Below are positions 9,053 to 18,125 of a stretch of 64,000 nt of DNA, in pieces. The notes under the pieces were generated by a model. The model was not told the DNA's origin and searched no databases. It saw nothing but the letters and a program-made list of their open reading frames with translations. How positions within the stretch are numbered: the stretch's first letter is position 1; every line of letters begins with the position of its first letter. The position numbers and the translations under genes were made by a program. The stretch spans positions 62,001 through 126,000 of IMG/VR virus record IMGVR_UViG_3300027747_002221; one strand, given 5' to 3'.

Positions 9053-11250
9053 GCAATTTTTTCCACAAATCTACTCAAAAGAACTCTGTTGATACCCTTA
9101 CTCTTTTGCATCATCATAAATGCGTGCTTAAGTTGAGTCTTTGAGGCATTCTCATCCACTTGCATTTCTTCATCTTTTGCATCCAAATCTTTTCCACCCG
9201 GGATGATGTAGTAATCGTCATATCCCGCACCATTTATCATAAAGAATTTTTGCCTTTTAGCCGTCTTTAATTTTTCATCAAAGTCTGGCATGTTAGTACC
9301 TGATTTATCGAGTCTCGACATGATTTGTCTTTTATAATTACCAGAACTAATATAAAATCCAATTACATTAACTCCAGTATTAGCTTTCAACAATTCTAGC
9401 AATGCGATAGTTAAATCTGTTTTTGGTCTTGCTCTACCTTCATTCATTGTCTTGGTATCTCTAATAATGATGTTGCTATCACCATATCTACTATTAGGCA
9501 AATAAGCCTTCTGACCTGGCTCGTGCAACACCCTTAGAGTTTCATTCGAATCGCCATCTGTTAGGAATACTGTATTCACGACATCTAAACGATACTTCTT
9601 TCTAAACTCCTTGACAATTTCCATACTTGCAACTACTGCTTCATTTAAGGGGGTACCACCTAAATCTTCAAAATCGGAATTTCTAAAGTCATGAGAAATA
9701 ATATTTGCCGTTTGATATGAATTAATTCTCCAATTCCGACGGTCATACATCTCACCTACGAGTAACCAATATTTAGATGCTTCTTTGAATTCCACACTAG
9801 ACATTTCGCTAGATAAATATTCACGTAATCTAAAAAAGGAACAGTCGTTAAAGTCAAGCTCACCTATATTATTTGAGAACTTAAAGTATTTTTCTCGAGT
9901 AACTCTTCGTTCTTGCTCGTATGTGGCCAAGTCATATCCTAGCTCTTGTGCAATACGTTCAGGTGTATTAGAAGAATCTGTAAATGCATATACGCGGAAT
10001 GGAATATTTACTTTTTTACAGAATGTTGCAAGAATTAAAGTTTGTTCAATTGTTGCACGAATGTTATCATACATAGATCCAGAATAATCCACAAACATAA
10101 CTAAACCATGGGACTTGCCTTTTGGCACAACTGCTATGCGTTTAAATAAGTCGTCATTAGTTTTATACTGATGTATTTTCTTCAAATCCAATTCGCCAGT
10201 TTTTGAAACGGATGCGCGAGCAAACTGTCTAGCATTTCGACGCATTTCAAATTCTTTGATTAGATAAGAAATATATTTCTTATTTGTTTCATTAAAACGA
10301 GCAAATGCTTTATTCTTGCCCTCTTCTATTAATTGTAATGCTTGTTTCTCACCCATATTTATAGGATAAGAAAAATTATTGTAATGCGGTTTGATGTTCT
10401 TGTACGGAACAATAATATGCCTTAAATTTACTGTTGGGCAATTTGCATAATGATATGGTTTAAGACTATCATCTACCAAAGATTGTTCCCGTTGTCTAAA
10501 GTGGCGATCTGTCATTGATTCAGGATCTTCGTCATCGGCCGACGATTTAGAACCGCCCCAACCCCGCTGGCGTTTTTGCCTGTTCCCAATATCATCGTCT
10601 TCCATTTCATCATAATCATACTCAATATCATCATCTTCGGAATCTTCACCATCCAGATCGGCCCATAGGTTTTCAAGTTGTTCTCGTAATTCTTTTTTGC
10701 CGTTAGCATAAAGTTTATGAGCAATAGTTTCAACATCTTCCCATGTCTTCATATTATCGAGCAAATCAATATAGTATTGTTCCTCTTTCGAGAATTGGAT
10801 GTTAAGATATGAACCAACCTTATAGTGAAGATTAATCCTATCAATTAAGGGAAGTCCAGCGATATCCAAATCTTCGGCATACACACCAAAGAAATCTTTA
10901 TCCATTAAATCAGAGTAACCCTTTTTAAAGCTAGTCTTTAGACCAGGGAATTTTTCTTGGATTTTCTTTTCAATACGAACATCTTCAATGACATTCAAAT
11001 ATGTCTTGAAGCCCGGTTTAGTTTTGTCTTTTAGATTGTTGTGCCAGCCGTCATTCGGTGTATATAATGCGTGGCCTGTTTCGTGACCCAGTAGGAGGTC
11101 ATATAGTTCAGAAGACATTTCTTTCCACATGGGAAGAACCATGACTCTGTTCTTAGTATCAAAGTAAGCAGTTACAGTTTTGCGATGCTCGACTGTAATG
11201 TTCTCAGTTGCAAGTAATTTTGCGAGTATAGATTTCGACTGTGCTAGCAT
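9049..11250 (-). CDS. Metallopeptidase-like N-domain + acidic linker + vWA domain protein (CobT-like partner of the AAA ATPase)
   Basis: HETGH (HExxH), NVIEDVRIE, D/E-rich linker, MIDAS DYSGS, GGTPL, LTDG. Confidence 0.85.
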   Translation of the reverse strand: MLAQSKSILAKLLATENITVEHRKTVTAYFDTKNRVMVLPMWKEMSSELYDLLLGHETGHALYTPNDGWHNNLKDKTKPGFKTYLNVIEDVRIEKKIQEKFPGLKTSFKKGYSDLMDKDFFGVYAEDLDIAGLPLIDRINLHYKVGSYLNIQFSKEEQYYIDLLDNMKTWEDVETIAHKLYANGKKELREQLENLWADLDGEDSEDDDIEYDYDEMEDDDIGNRQKRQRGWGGSKSSADDEDPESMTDRHFRQREQSLVDDSLKPYHYANCPTVNLRHIIVPYKNIKPHYNNFSYPINMGEKQALQLIEEGKNKAFARFNETNKKYISYLIKEFEMRRNARQFARASVSKTGELDLKKIHQYKTNDDLFKRIAVVPKGKSHGLVMFVDYSGSMYDNIRATIEQTLILATFCKKVNIPFRVYAFTDSSNTPERIAQELGYDLATYEQERRVTREKYFKFSNNIGELDFNDCSFFRLREYLSSEMSSVEFKEASKYWLLVGEMYDRRNWRINSYQTANIISHDFRNSDFEDLGGTPLNEAVVASMEIVKEFRKKYRLDVVNTVFLTDGDSNETLRVLHEPGQKAYLPNSRYGDSNIIIRDTKTMNEGRARPKTDLTIALLELLKANTGVNVIGFYISSGNYKRQIMSRLDKSGTNMPDFDEKLKTAKRQKFFMINGAGYDDYYIIPGGKDLDAKDEEMQVDENASKTQLKHAFMMMQKSKGINRVLLSRFVEKIA

Positions 11251-11273
11251 ACACTTCTCCTTCGGTTTTCATT

Positions 11274-11302
11274 ATTATAACACCTTTTAGGATAGAAGTC
11301 AA
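11274..11302 (-). promoter_or_regulatory. Sigma70-type early promoter TTGACT-17-TATAAT (extended -10)
   Basis: Minus strand TTGACT tctatcctaaaaggtgt TATAAT, then AAGGAG RBS. Confidence 0.85.
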
Positions 11303-11317
11303 GCCCCCAGTAAGCCA

Positions 11318-11593
11318 CTAACTACGGGTGATTGCCAAAATCTTTTCTATTTGTTTCTCTATAAGAGGAACTCTATTTGGCCAGTGTATGTAATCTTTCT
11401 CAGGATTTTTCATCAAGTTGACCAAAAGCGGTAAAATCATTTTTTCAACTGAAGCCAACTTTTGTTTTATTTCTGCATCTGCACCAGATTTAACTTCAGT
11501 AATGAATGGATCTAATACATCATTTTCATGGACTGCTGTAAATCCAAAATCATTACTTAAGTCTAAATACTCTAAAGGTATTTTGGTTGCCAT
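11318..11593 (-). CDS. Conserved T4-like phage hypothetical protein
   Basis: 91 aa; DFGFTAV...MILPLL.NL.KNP.K.YI.WPNR. Confidence 0.7.
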   Translation of the reverse strand: MATKIPLEYLDLSNDFGFTAVHENDVLDPFITEVKSGADAEIKQKLASVEKMILPLLVNLMKNPEKDYIHWPNRVPLIEKQIEKILAITRS

Positions 11594-11594
11594 A

Positions 11595-12188
11595 TTATTT
11601 CCACTTGGGCCCGTGAATCCAACCTACCAAAGCTTTTCTTGTTCCTTTAGTTACAGGCTTAACTTCGTGTAATGTATATGATGGAAAAAACGTAATTGCT
11701 CCCTTTTCTTTAGCAATTGGAAAGGGTTCTTGAGATGTGATTAGATATGTTTGACCACCTTCGTATTCGGCAGGATCAGTCAATTGCATGGTAAAACTTA
11801 ATTTTCTAGGATATTGTCCTGCACCCTGAAAGTGATGGTCAACGTGAGCATCATAGAAGTCACCCTCATTATATACTGAGAACTGTAAATTTTCTATATG
11901 GTTAAGATCAAATCCAAACCATTGACTGTTTGCTGATAATACTACGTCTGTTAATTTTCTAAACAACCAAGCATTTTCTGCAGTAGTAGGAATCCACGAA
12001 ATCTTTGTCTTTCGTATTTCAGGATTTGCACCGCCAGCTTTGTCAAATGTACCACCTACTTGGGCATCCCCAATTTCTAAAGAGTCACCTAACTCTATAA
12101 TACTTTTGATCATATCATCATCAAAGATATTTTGATAGTAACAATATGCGTTGATTTGATGTGTATGTAGTTGCCATTCATTTGCCAT
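11595..12188 (-). CDS. 2OG-Fe(II) oxygenase (prolyl-hydroxylase-like)
   Basis: Y..HVD, RKLS, Y.GG, FPS..LHEV.PV..G.R..LV.W; start trimmed to MANE. Confidence 0.9.
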   Translation of the reverse strand: MANEWQLHTHQINAYCYYQNIFDDDMIKSIIELGDSLEIGDAQVGGTFDKAGGANPEIRKTKISWIPTTAENAWLFRKLTDVVLSANSQWFGFDLNHIENLQFSVYNEGDFYDAHVDHHFQGAGQYPRKLSFTMQLTDPAEYEGGQTYLITSQEPFPIAKEKGAITFFPSYTLHEVKPVTKGTRKALVGWIHGPKWK

Positions 12189-12189
12189 T

Positions 12190-13908
12190 TTATAATCCTT
12201 GTATTCTAGAAAAGTTTTGGTACTTCTCAAATTTTATAACACTTCTAAATTTATCAAAAAGAAGATCTCCTTTGTGACTAATGACAAAAACATTAGTCTC
12301 CTCTCCTAAAGTATTTATTAGGTTCATTACGTAGTCTGTGCCGTTAGCATCTAAAGAAGAGTCAAAAACCTCATCAAGTAATAGAAGGTTTGTGCTAGCA
12401 CAATTCTTCATTTTGGCGATTGTTCTCCATGTAAATAATAATGCTAAATCAATACGTTGTTTTTCACCTTCACTAAATGAAGCGTATGAGAATTCATCTC
12501 TATGTCTTGATTTAATAGATTCACTAAAAGTTTCATCTAATTCAAAATGACAAAAGAAATCCATTGCCTGTAAATATTTGTTTACAAGTTTATTAATTAC
12601 GGGCAAATACTGACGGATGATCTTAGTCTTAATACCGGTGTCCTTGAGAAGTATGGATGCGATATCGAGGTAATGTTTATCTTCATTAAGCTTCGTTTTA
12701 TCATCTGCATGCGAGACAACTTCCTTTGCCAAAATTTTGAGCTTCCTCTTTTCATCTTCCAGGTTTGTCGTATCTCCAGTGTCTCCTGCCAATTCGTCTT
12801 GTAATTTTTGAATATAGCTTTGTGAGGCAATAATTCTGGAATTGAGTTGTATGATATTGCCCTGATGTTCAGAGATTTTTGTTTCGATCTCAGCAATCTC
12901 ATTAAGTCTAGTTTCAGTATCGTTAAGTTGCTCGGTAAGGGTTTGTATTGCTGTTTGTACTTCTTCGAGTTTATGTGTGTGAAGTGCGATTGCGCTGTGT
13001 TTGAGATCAGGTACCAAATCTTGGCTACATGTCGGGCAAAGGTCATGTTCGTGGTAAAATTGTATGCTACTTTCCTGTACCTTAATTCGTTCGGTAAGTT
13101 TTCTAAGCAAAGTTCCCATTTCCGTATATCTGTCACGTTTCTCAGAAGAGTCTTGTATCGAGGATTCGAGATTTCCCTTCGCTCCCCTTTCTGCATCGAC
13201 CAAGGATGTAAGCTGTGATACTTCCTGATTCGATTCAAGTATTCGCTTTTGTACATCATCTACTTTCCTTTGTTTATCATTTTCTAATGTGCCAATATAT
13301 TGCTGTTGCAATTTAACTTTGTTTTTACCAAGTTCAATCTTAGTATCTATGTCTGTTATTTTAGTTTTAATTTCAATGTTCTTATCTTTAAGAACAGAAT
13401 TCATCACAGTAAAAATTTGAATATCTAAAATATCTTCAATAATTTCTCTTCTATGTCCCAACGGCAATTGCATAAAAGGAGTAAATGATGCACTACCTAA
13501 AATAACAATTTGAGTAAAAGATTTATAATTTAATTTTAGAATAGCGTCTTCAAGATATTTTTGATAGTCCTTAGATGCAGCGTCCTGATTCAATAAGGTT
13601 CCGTTAACATATATCTCAAATATTCCAGGTTTAATACCTCGAACAATTCTATAATCCTTTGAGCCAATAGAAAATTCTAATTCTACCTGTAAATTTTTAC
13701 CATTAATACTGTTCATCAACTGGGGTTTATTGATACTTCTAAATGGTTTATTAAATAAGCAGAAACAAATAGCGTCAAGAATAGTACTTTTGCCGGCACC
13801 ATTTTCGCCCACTACAAGTGTCGTAGTTGCTTTATCTAATTTTACTTCTGTGAATTGTGCGCCCGTGGATAAGAAATTTTTCCATTTAACTTTACTAAAT
13901 CTTATCAT
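12190..13908 (-). CDS. 46: Recombination endonuclease subunit gp46 (Rad50/SbcC-like)
   Basis: KNFLSTG, GENGAGKS, zinc hook CPTC, FSEGEKQR, LLLDEVFD, ISH. Confidence 0.97.
   Translation of the reverse strand: MIRFSKVKWKNFLSTGAQFTEVKLDKATTTLVVGENGAGKSTILDAICFCLFNKPFRSINKPQLMNSINGKNLQVELEFSIGSKDYRIVRGIKPGIFEIYVNGTLLNQDAASKDYQKYLEDAILKLNYKSFTQIVILGSASFTPFMQLPLGHRREIIEDILDIQIFTVMNSVLKDKNIEIKTKITDIDTKIELGKNKVKLQQQYIGTLENDKQRKVDDVQKRILESNQEVSQLTSLVDAERGAKGNLESSIQDSSEKRDRYTEMGTLLRKLTERIKVQESSIQFYHEHDLCPTCSQDLVPDLKHSAIALHTHKLEEVQTAIQTLTEQLNDTETRLNEIAEIETKISEHQGNIIQLNSRIIASQSYIQKLQDELAGDTGDTTNLEDEKRKLKILAKEVVSHADDKTKLNEDKHYLDIASILLKDTGIKTKIIRQYLPVINKLVNKYLQAMDFFCHFELDETFSESIKSRHRDEFSYASFSEGEKQRIDLALLFTWRTIAKMKNCASTNLLLLDEVFDSSLDANGTDYVMNLINTLGEETNVFVISHKGDLLFDKFRSVIKFEKYQNFSRIQGL
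12597..13259 (-). CDS. Candidate overprinted gene (+1 frame) inside gp46, basic 220-aa protein
   Basis: Stop-free for 220 codons; AAGGA RBS before ATGATG; gp46 synonymous codons in this interval avoid creating +1-frame stops. Confidence 0.45.
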   Translation of the reverse strand: MMYKSEYLNRIRKYHSLHPWSMQKGERREISNPRYKTLLRNVTDIRKWELCLENLPNELRYRKVAYNFTTNMTFARHVAKIWYLISNTAQSHFTHINSKKYKQQYKPLPSNLTILKLDLMRLLRSKQKSLNIRAISYNSIPELLPHKAIFKNYKTNWQETLEIRQTWKMKRGSSKFWQRKLSRMQMIKRSLMKINITSISHPYFSRTPVLRLRSSVSICP

Positions 13909-14969
13909 ACTTCCTCATAGTGTTGTGCCTCAACATAAAGTGTTTTTAAAATTCCCTTTAGTCTTTCTTTATCTGCATCTGTTTCAATACTATCCACATA
14001 ATTGGACAATAATGTCATAGTATCTTCTAAATCAATATTTTCATCTATTGCTTCAGATTCAAACTCAGAAAAATCCTCAATAATTTTTAATTCAATTGGA
14101 TTTTCCTTATAGATTGCTTCTACAAATTTATCAAACTTATAGAAGTCTTTTTTATTAACAACAATAATTTTGATTAGCTTAGAATTAAATTTTGTGATGT
14201 CGATAGACAACGGATCTTCTTTTTCGTCATCATAGTAATATTTCTCAAAAATAGTATTTGTATTTTTAATAAATTCTAGGTCCAATGTCTTAGTATCAAA
14301 GATATGAAATCCACGGTCATCCTCAAAGTCATTCCAGAATAATTGATATGGATTGCCTAGATACTGCACATTACCTCGACCATGCTTATGGTGAAAATGT
14401 CCTGAACATACTAGTTTAAAATCTTTAAACAGCGCAGGATCAAATCCGTCGTGTCCTAGATGCGCATCCTGCCCTTTATACATTATAAAACCAGCAAGCT
14501 CTAAATGACCAAAGCAAACAGTTGCTACTTTACCCTCAATCATTTTTGTGGTATGTTCATAATTATCTGTACATATCCATGGCATTAACAGTATCTTTAA
14601 ACCATCATAGTTTACTACTTGTGCTTTATCGTATGTTCTGATATTTGGATATTCTCCCAATAATAAACTAGGGGAATTTACATCATTAGTATTTTTATAG
14701 AATGTATCATGATTGCCGATAATCATGTCCATATCTATACCACGAGATTCTACTTGTTCAAAGAAATATTTTTTACAATTGCTTAATGAATTAAAATTGA
14801 TATATTTTCTACGATCAAAGCAATCGCCTAGATGTATGATCTGAGTAATTTCTCTTTTATCTAATTCGGGAAAAAATATTTCATCATAAAATTTTTTAAA
14901 ATAAGTATCAAATTGTTGCGAATCTGATCTTGCACCGAAATGAGTATCAGTTACTAACGCTATCTTCAT
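13905..14969 (-). CDS. 47: Recombination endonuclease subunit gp47 (Mre11/SbcD-like)
   Basis: DTHFG, LGDCFD.R, GNHD, GHLEL, SGHFH, YLGNPY. Confidence 0.97.
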   Translation of the reverse strand: MKIALVTDTHFGARSDSQQFDTYFKKFYDEIFFPELDKREITQIIHLGDCFDRRKYINFNSLSNCKKYFFEQVESRGIDMDMIIGNHDTFYKNTNDVNSPSLLLGEYPNIRTYDKAQVVNYDGLKILLMPWICTDNYEHTTKMIEGKVATVCFGHLELAGFIMYKGQDAHLGHDGFDPALFKDFKLVCSGHFHHKHGRGNVQYLGNPYQLFWNDFEDDRGFHIFDTKTLDLEFIKNTNTIFEKYYYDDEKEDPLSIDITKFNSKLIKIIVVNKKDFYKFDKFVEAIYKENPIELKIIEDFSEFESEAIDENIDLEDTMTLLSNYVDSIETDADKERLKGILKTLYVEAQHYEEV

Positions 14970-15426
14970 CCACGTACTCCCAAGTTGAATCTCCTTTTTT
15001 AATTACGGATGCAACAAAAGTCAAATGCTCAGGTATATTTCCGCTCCAATTTTTTGGACCAATCAAACTCATTTGATTTTTATCGAGATATGTATTTAAA
15101 TATATGTGGTATTCTTTCCCATAAACAGGATTAAAAGAAAACATTGTTCCATGCACTAAATCTGTGGCATCAAGTCTACTTACCAATTGTTTTGCTTGTT
15201 CTTGTAGTATCTCAACCATTTGCATGATTCTATCATATTCTTGTTTGGCATGTTCTTTTGCAACATTTAATGATATGTCTTTTTGATCTTCAACTTTTAC
15301 AGGAGCAAAAAATGAGGAGCCGACTTCTACAGGATATTCGCTACTACTACGATTAATAAAGGGCACCAATTGTTCCCTAATTATGGCATCTCTACTATTA
15401 ACACCCTTCATTACATTACTTGGCAT
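14947..15426 (-). CDS. DUF2452-like protein
   Basis: YPVEVG...F.P, coiled coil, F.PV.GK.YH.Y, LIGP..W, D.TW. Confidence 0.6.
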   Translation of the reverse strand: MPSNVMKGVNSRDAIIREQLVPFINRSSSEYPVEVGSSFFAPVKVEDQKDISLNVAKEHAKQEYDRIMQMVEILQEQAKQLVSRLDATDLVHGTMFSFNPVYGKEYHIYLNTYLDKNQMSLIGPKNWSGNIPEHLTFVASVIKKGDSTWEYVDEDSVSN

Positions 15427-15454
15427 ATCACTCCTTTAAATACTTCACAAATCT

Positions 15455-15904
15455 TTAGCCTTCGTAAATAGCTGAGTTAGCACCATGTTCTGCACATTCA
15501 ACTTTAACACAATAACAACGATTATTAGATGCATTTCTGATTAACTGATCCGCAAAGTTAAATGCATGTTCAGCAAACTTCTCTACACCCACCCCATCAA
15601 AGATGCGGATCTCTGCCAAGTCCAAGGCTTCAAGTTCCTGGAACTTGGCCAGATGTGGATCTGCTTTATCCAGGGCCAGCTTATGATCAAAGTGATCTTC
15701 CAACCATGCCTTGAGTGGTTTAAGACCACCAAAATCTACTGCCCAATTTTTGTTGTCTAGGGCATCGCATCCAAATGTAAAAGTAAATGCTAAACTATAA
15801 CCATGCAGCAAATGGCAATGACTATGATCTGCGTTAGGTTGTCTAAATACAGCACTTAAACCAATGTTGTGCCCGTAATGTTTTGTTGAGAAATATTTAG
15901 CCAT
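15455..15904 (-). CDS. queD: 6-carboxy-5,6,7,8-tetrahydropterin synthase
   Basis: C..LHGY, WAVDFGGLK, FDH, terminal E in VECAEH. Confidence 0.9.
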   Translation of the reverse strand: MAKYFSTKHYGHNIGLSAVFRQPNADHSHCHLLHGYSLAFTFTFGCDALDNKNWAVDFGGLKPLKAWLEDHFDHKLALDKADPHLAKFQELEALDLAEIRIFDGVGVEKFAEHAFNFADQLIRNASNNRCYCVKVECAEHGANSAIYEG

Positions 15905-15924
15905 CTCTTGCCTCTAATGAGTAA

Positions 15925-15980
15925 GTTTGATGACATGCAGAATTTATATAGCGGGGTGAATGTCATTTAAAGACCGCTTT
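15925..15980 (-). promoter_or_regulatory. Candidate preQ-type riboswitch / H-type pseudoknot upstream of queD
   Basis: P1 AGCGG/CCGCU; loop AUGACAU pairs with downstream AUGUCAU (7 bp); A-rich tail AUAUAAA. Confidence 0.5.
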
Positions 15981-16978
15981 TTTAATCTATGATAATATTT
16001 AGAGTTATACCAATCGTATAACGTTTCTATAATATCATTTAATTTTCTTTTAGGTTTCCACCCAGTATCTGCTAATAATTTTTCTGCACTAGCAATTAGT
16101 GTTGCCGGATCGCCTTTTCTTCGTACATCTATATGACATATAATTCGGTCGTTTATTGCTTCGTTATTGATTAAAAAATCTTCAACTGCAGTAAACACCT
16201 CAAGATTCGAATGACCCTTTAATGTTCCTATATTATATATCCCTTCAATATCTTTGTCAATAGCTAAAACATGAGCATCGGCTATATCTGTTACATGGAT
16301 ATAATCTCTAACACAAGTACCATCTCGTGTAAGAAAGTCTGCGCCATTAATAGTAAAATCATTACCTTGTAAAGCGGCTTCAAACAATTTCGCAAATATA
16401 TGTGTGGCGTCGGGTTCTTGCCCATGTACCCCACCTTCAACTGCGCCACATGCATTAAAATATCTATATGACACATACTTCAATCCGTATGCAACTTTAA
16501 ATCTCTCTAACATCATTTCTGTCATTAGTTTAGATTCACCATATGGAGATATTGGTTTAGTTTCAGAAGCCTCAGTCAATATCATACCTATCGGCTCACC
16601 ATAAACTGCAGCACTGCTACTAAAAACAAACTTAATATTAGGTGCCCACCGACGTATGTAATCTAAATACTTCAATGTTTTTGCCACATTATTATTAAAA
16701 TATTCTGAAGGATTCTCTACACTCGGTCCTACTAAACTTGTTCCTGCACAATGTATAACAGCAACAGGGTTGCGCTCAAGGTGCTCCAATGAAAACGGGT
16801 GTGTAAAACATTCATTGACAAATTGATCTACATAATATTCCATATGCTTGTGTAGTTTTCTTTTGTCAATACCCACTACTTTATAACCATGTTCTTTTAA
16901 TGCAATACATGTAGCGCCACCGATATAGCCGGCAGCACCTGTTACTATAACAGTATTAGTATTTTGATTCTGAGACAT
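15944..16978 (-). CDS. galE: UDP-glucose 4-epimerase
   Basis: VTGAAGYIG, FSSSAAVYG, PYGESK, RYFNACGA, DGTCVRDYIHV.D. Confidence 0.92.
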   Translation of the reverse strand: MSQNQNTNTVIVTGAAGYIGGATCIALKEHGYKVVGIDKRKLHKHMEYYVDQFVNECFTHPFSLEHLERNPVAVIHCAGTSLVGPSVENPSEYFNNNVAKTLKYLDYIRRWAPNIKFVFSSSAAVYGEPIGMILTEASETKPISPYGESKLMTEMMLERFKVAYGLKYVSYRYFNACGAVEGGVHGQEPDATHIFAKLFEAALQGNDFTINGADFLTRDGTCVRDYIHVTDIADAHVLAIDKDIEGIYNIGTLKGHSNLEVFTAVEDFLINNEAINDRIICHIDVRRKGDPATLIASAEKLLADTGWKPKRKLNDIIETLYDWYNSKYYHRLKKRSLNDIHPAI

Positions 16979-18125
16979 TGTTTCTATAATCCTTAGTATT
17001 ACGATACCATTTCTCAGATCCATCAATCATAATGTCAATACATCTGTCAATAGTTCCAGTAGTCCAATTAGATAATTGTCCCATTTTCTTTCTTGGTTTA
17101 ACTAATAAATTATCTAGTTTATTTTTAACATCTTCCATAGACCAAGGAATATATAAACATTCCGCGTCATTAGCAAATGACTCAGGGAAAGATCTATAGG
17201 CGGGATACAAACAATTTGTACCAAGTGCATCTGCTTCTGATGCTGTGTTACTTACCCAATCTTGTAAAGCGCAATTAAACAATACTCGAGAATCTGCCAA
17301 CAATTCATAATATTCATTCTTTTTAAGATTTTCATAGATCTTAAAATTAGAAGTTTTTTCTAATTCCCTTGCGCGATCTAAATACTTTTGATCGTTACTA
17401 CGTAATGGACCGCCCGATAAAACAGCAAACTCTACATCTCGATTATACTTACCATAGTCCTCAACTAGATCCATAAAGAATCCTGGTTGCTTTTCCTGAT
17501 CGAATCTAGCAGCAAACACCACTCGCTTTTTACGAGTAATGAATGGTTTAATTTCAGCAATACGACTTTGTACTTCATCTTTATCAAATGCTAATCCGGA
17601 GATATTATAGATTGGTGCTTTCCAACCTGCGATCCTCATATGTGCAACCATCTCTTCATTCGATGCAAGAATACCTGTTACCCAAGTATCACACATTTTT
17701 TCATAATGCCCCATCCATTCCTGCATATCCCATACATGAAGGAAATCATCTGGGTCTATTGTCTGTGCAAGACAACGAACATAAATCTCAGGTTGATATT
17801 CCCAAGGTAATTGATCCACAATGTAGGGAATTGCTTCAATGCCGGGCGTAAACATATCCTCAAAGAAAATAGTATCGTTCCAGGTAATCTCACCCGACTT
17901 CATTTTTTTAACAAGATTAGCCATCTGCGTTAAAGAATAATAACTACGACCATGTGCATCAAGCACCTGACCTGTTACGATAGATTTGGAATCGTCAAGA
18001 ATATCACCGTGTATAATTTCATAATCAATTCCTCTGCGTTTAAATGCCGCTTCACTCCATTGCTGAAGTTGTAAAGTATATCGACCTTCATAAGGCTCTA
18101 AACCCATATAATATAACTTACTCAT
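16956..18125 (-). CDS. Glycosyltransferase (GT-B, GT4-like)
   Basis: VFAARFDQEKQP, YY.LL..S.VLFN.ALQD...EA.ALG...L.P.YRSFPE. Confidence 0.8.
   Translation of the reverse strand: MSKLYYMGLEPYEGRYTLQLQQWSEAAFKRRGIDYEIIHGDILDDSKSIVTGQVLDAHGRSYYSLTQMANLVKKMKSGEITWNDTIFFEDMFTPGIEAIPYIVDQLPWEYQPEIYVRCLAQTIDPDDFLHVWDMQEWMGHYEKMCDTWVTGILASNEEMVAHMRIAGWKAPIYNISGLAFDKDEVQSRIAEIKPFITRKKRVVFAARFDQEKQPGFFMDLVEDYGKYNRDVEFAVLSGGPLRSNDQKYLDRARELEKTSNFKIYENLKKNEYYELLADSRVLFNCALQDWVSNTASEADALGTNCLYPAYRSFPESFANDAECLYIPWSMEDVKNKLDNLLVKPRKKMGQLSNWTTGTIDRCIDIMIDGSEKWYRNTKDYRNNVSESKY

Noticed and set aside
10512-10736. Alternative-frame ORF in the acidic linker of the vWA protein
   Set aside because: Short; Met-rich simply because of GAT/GAA runs; no independent support.
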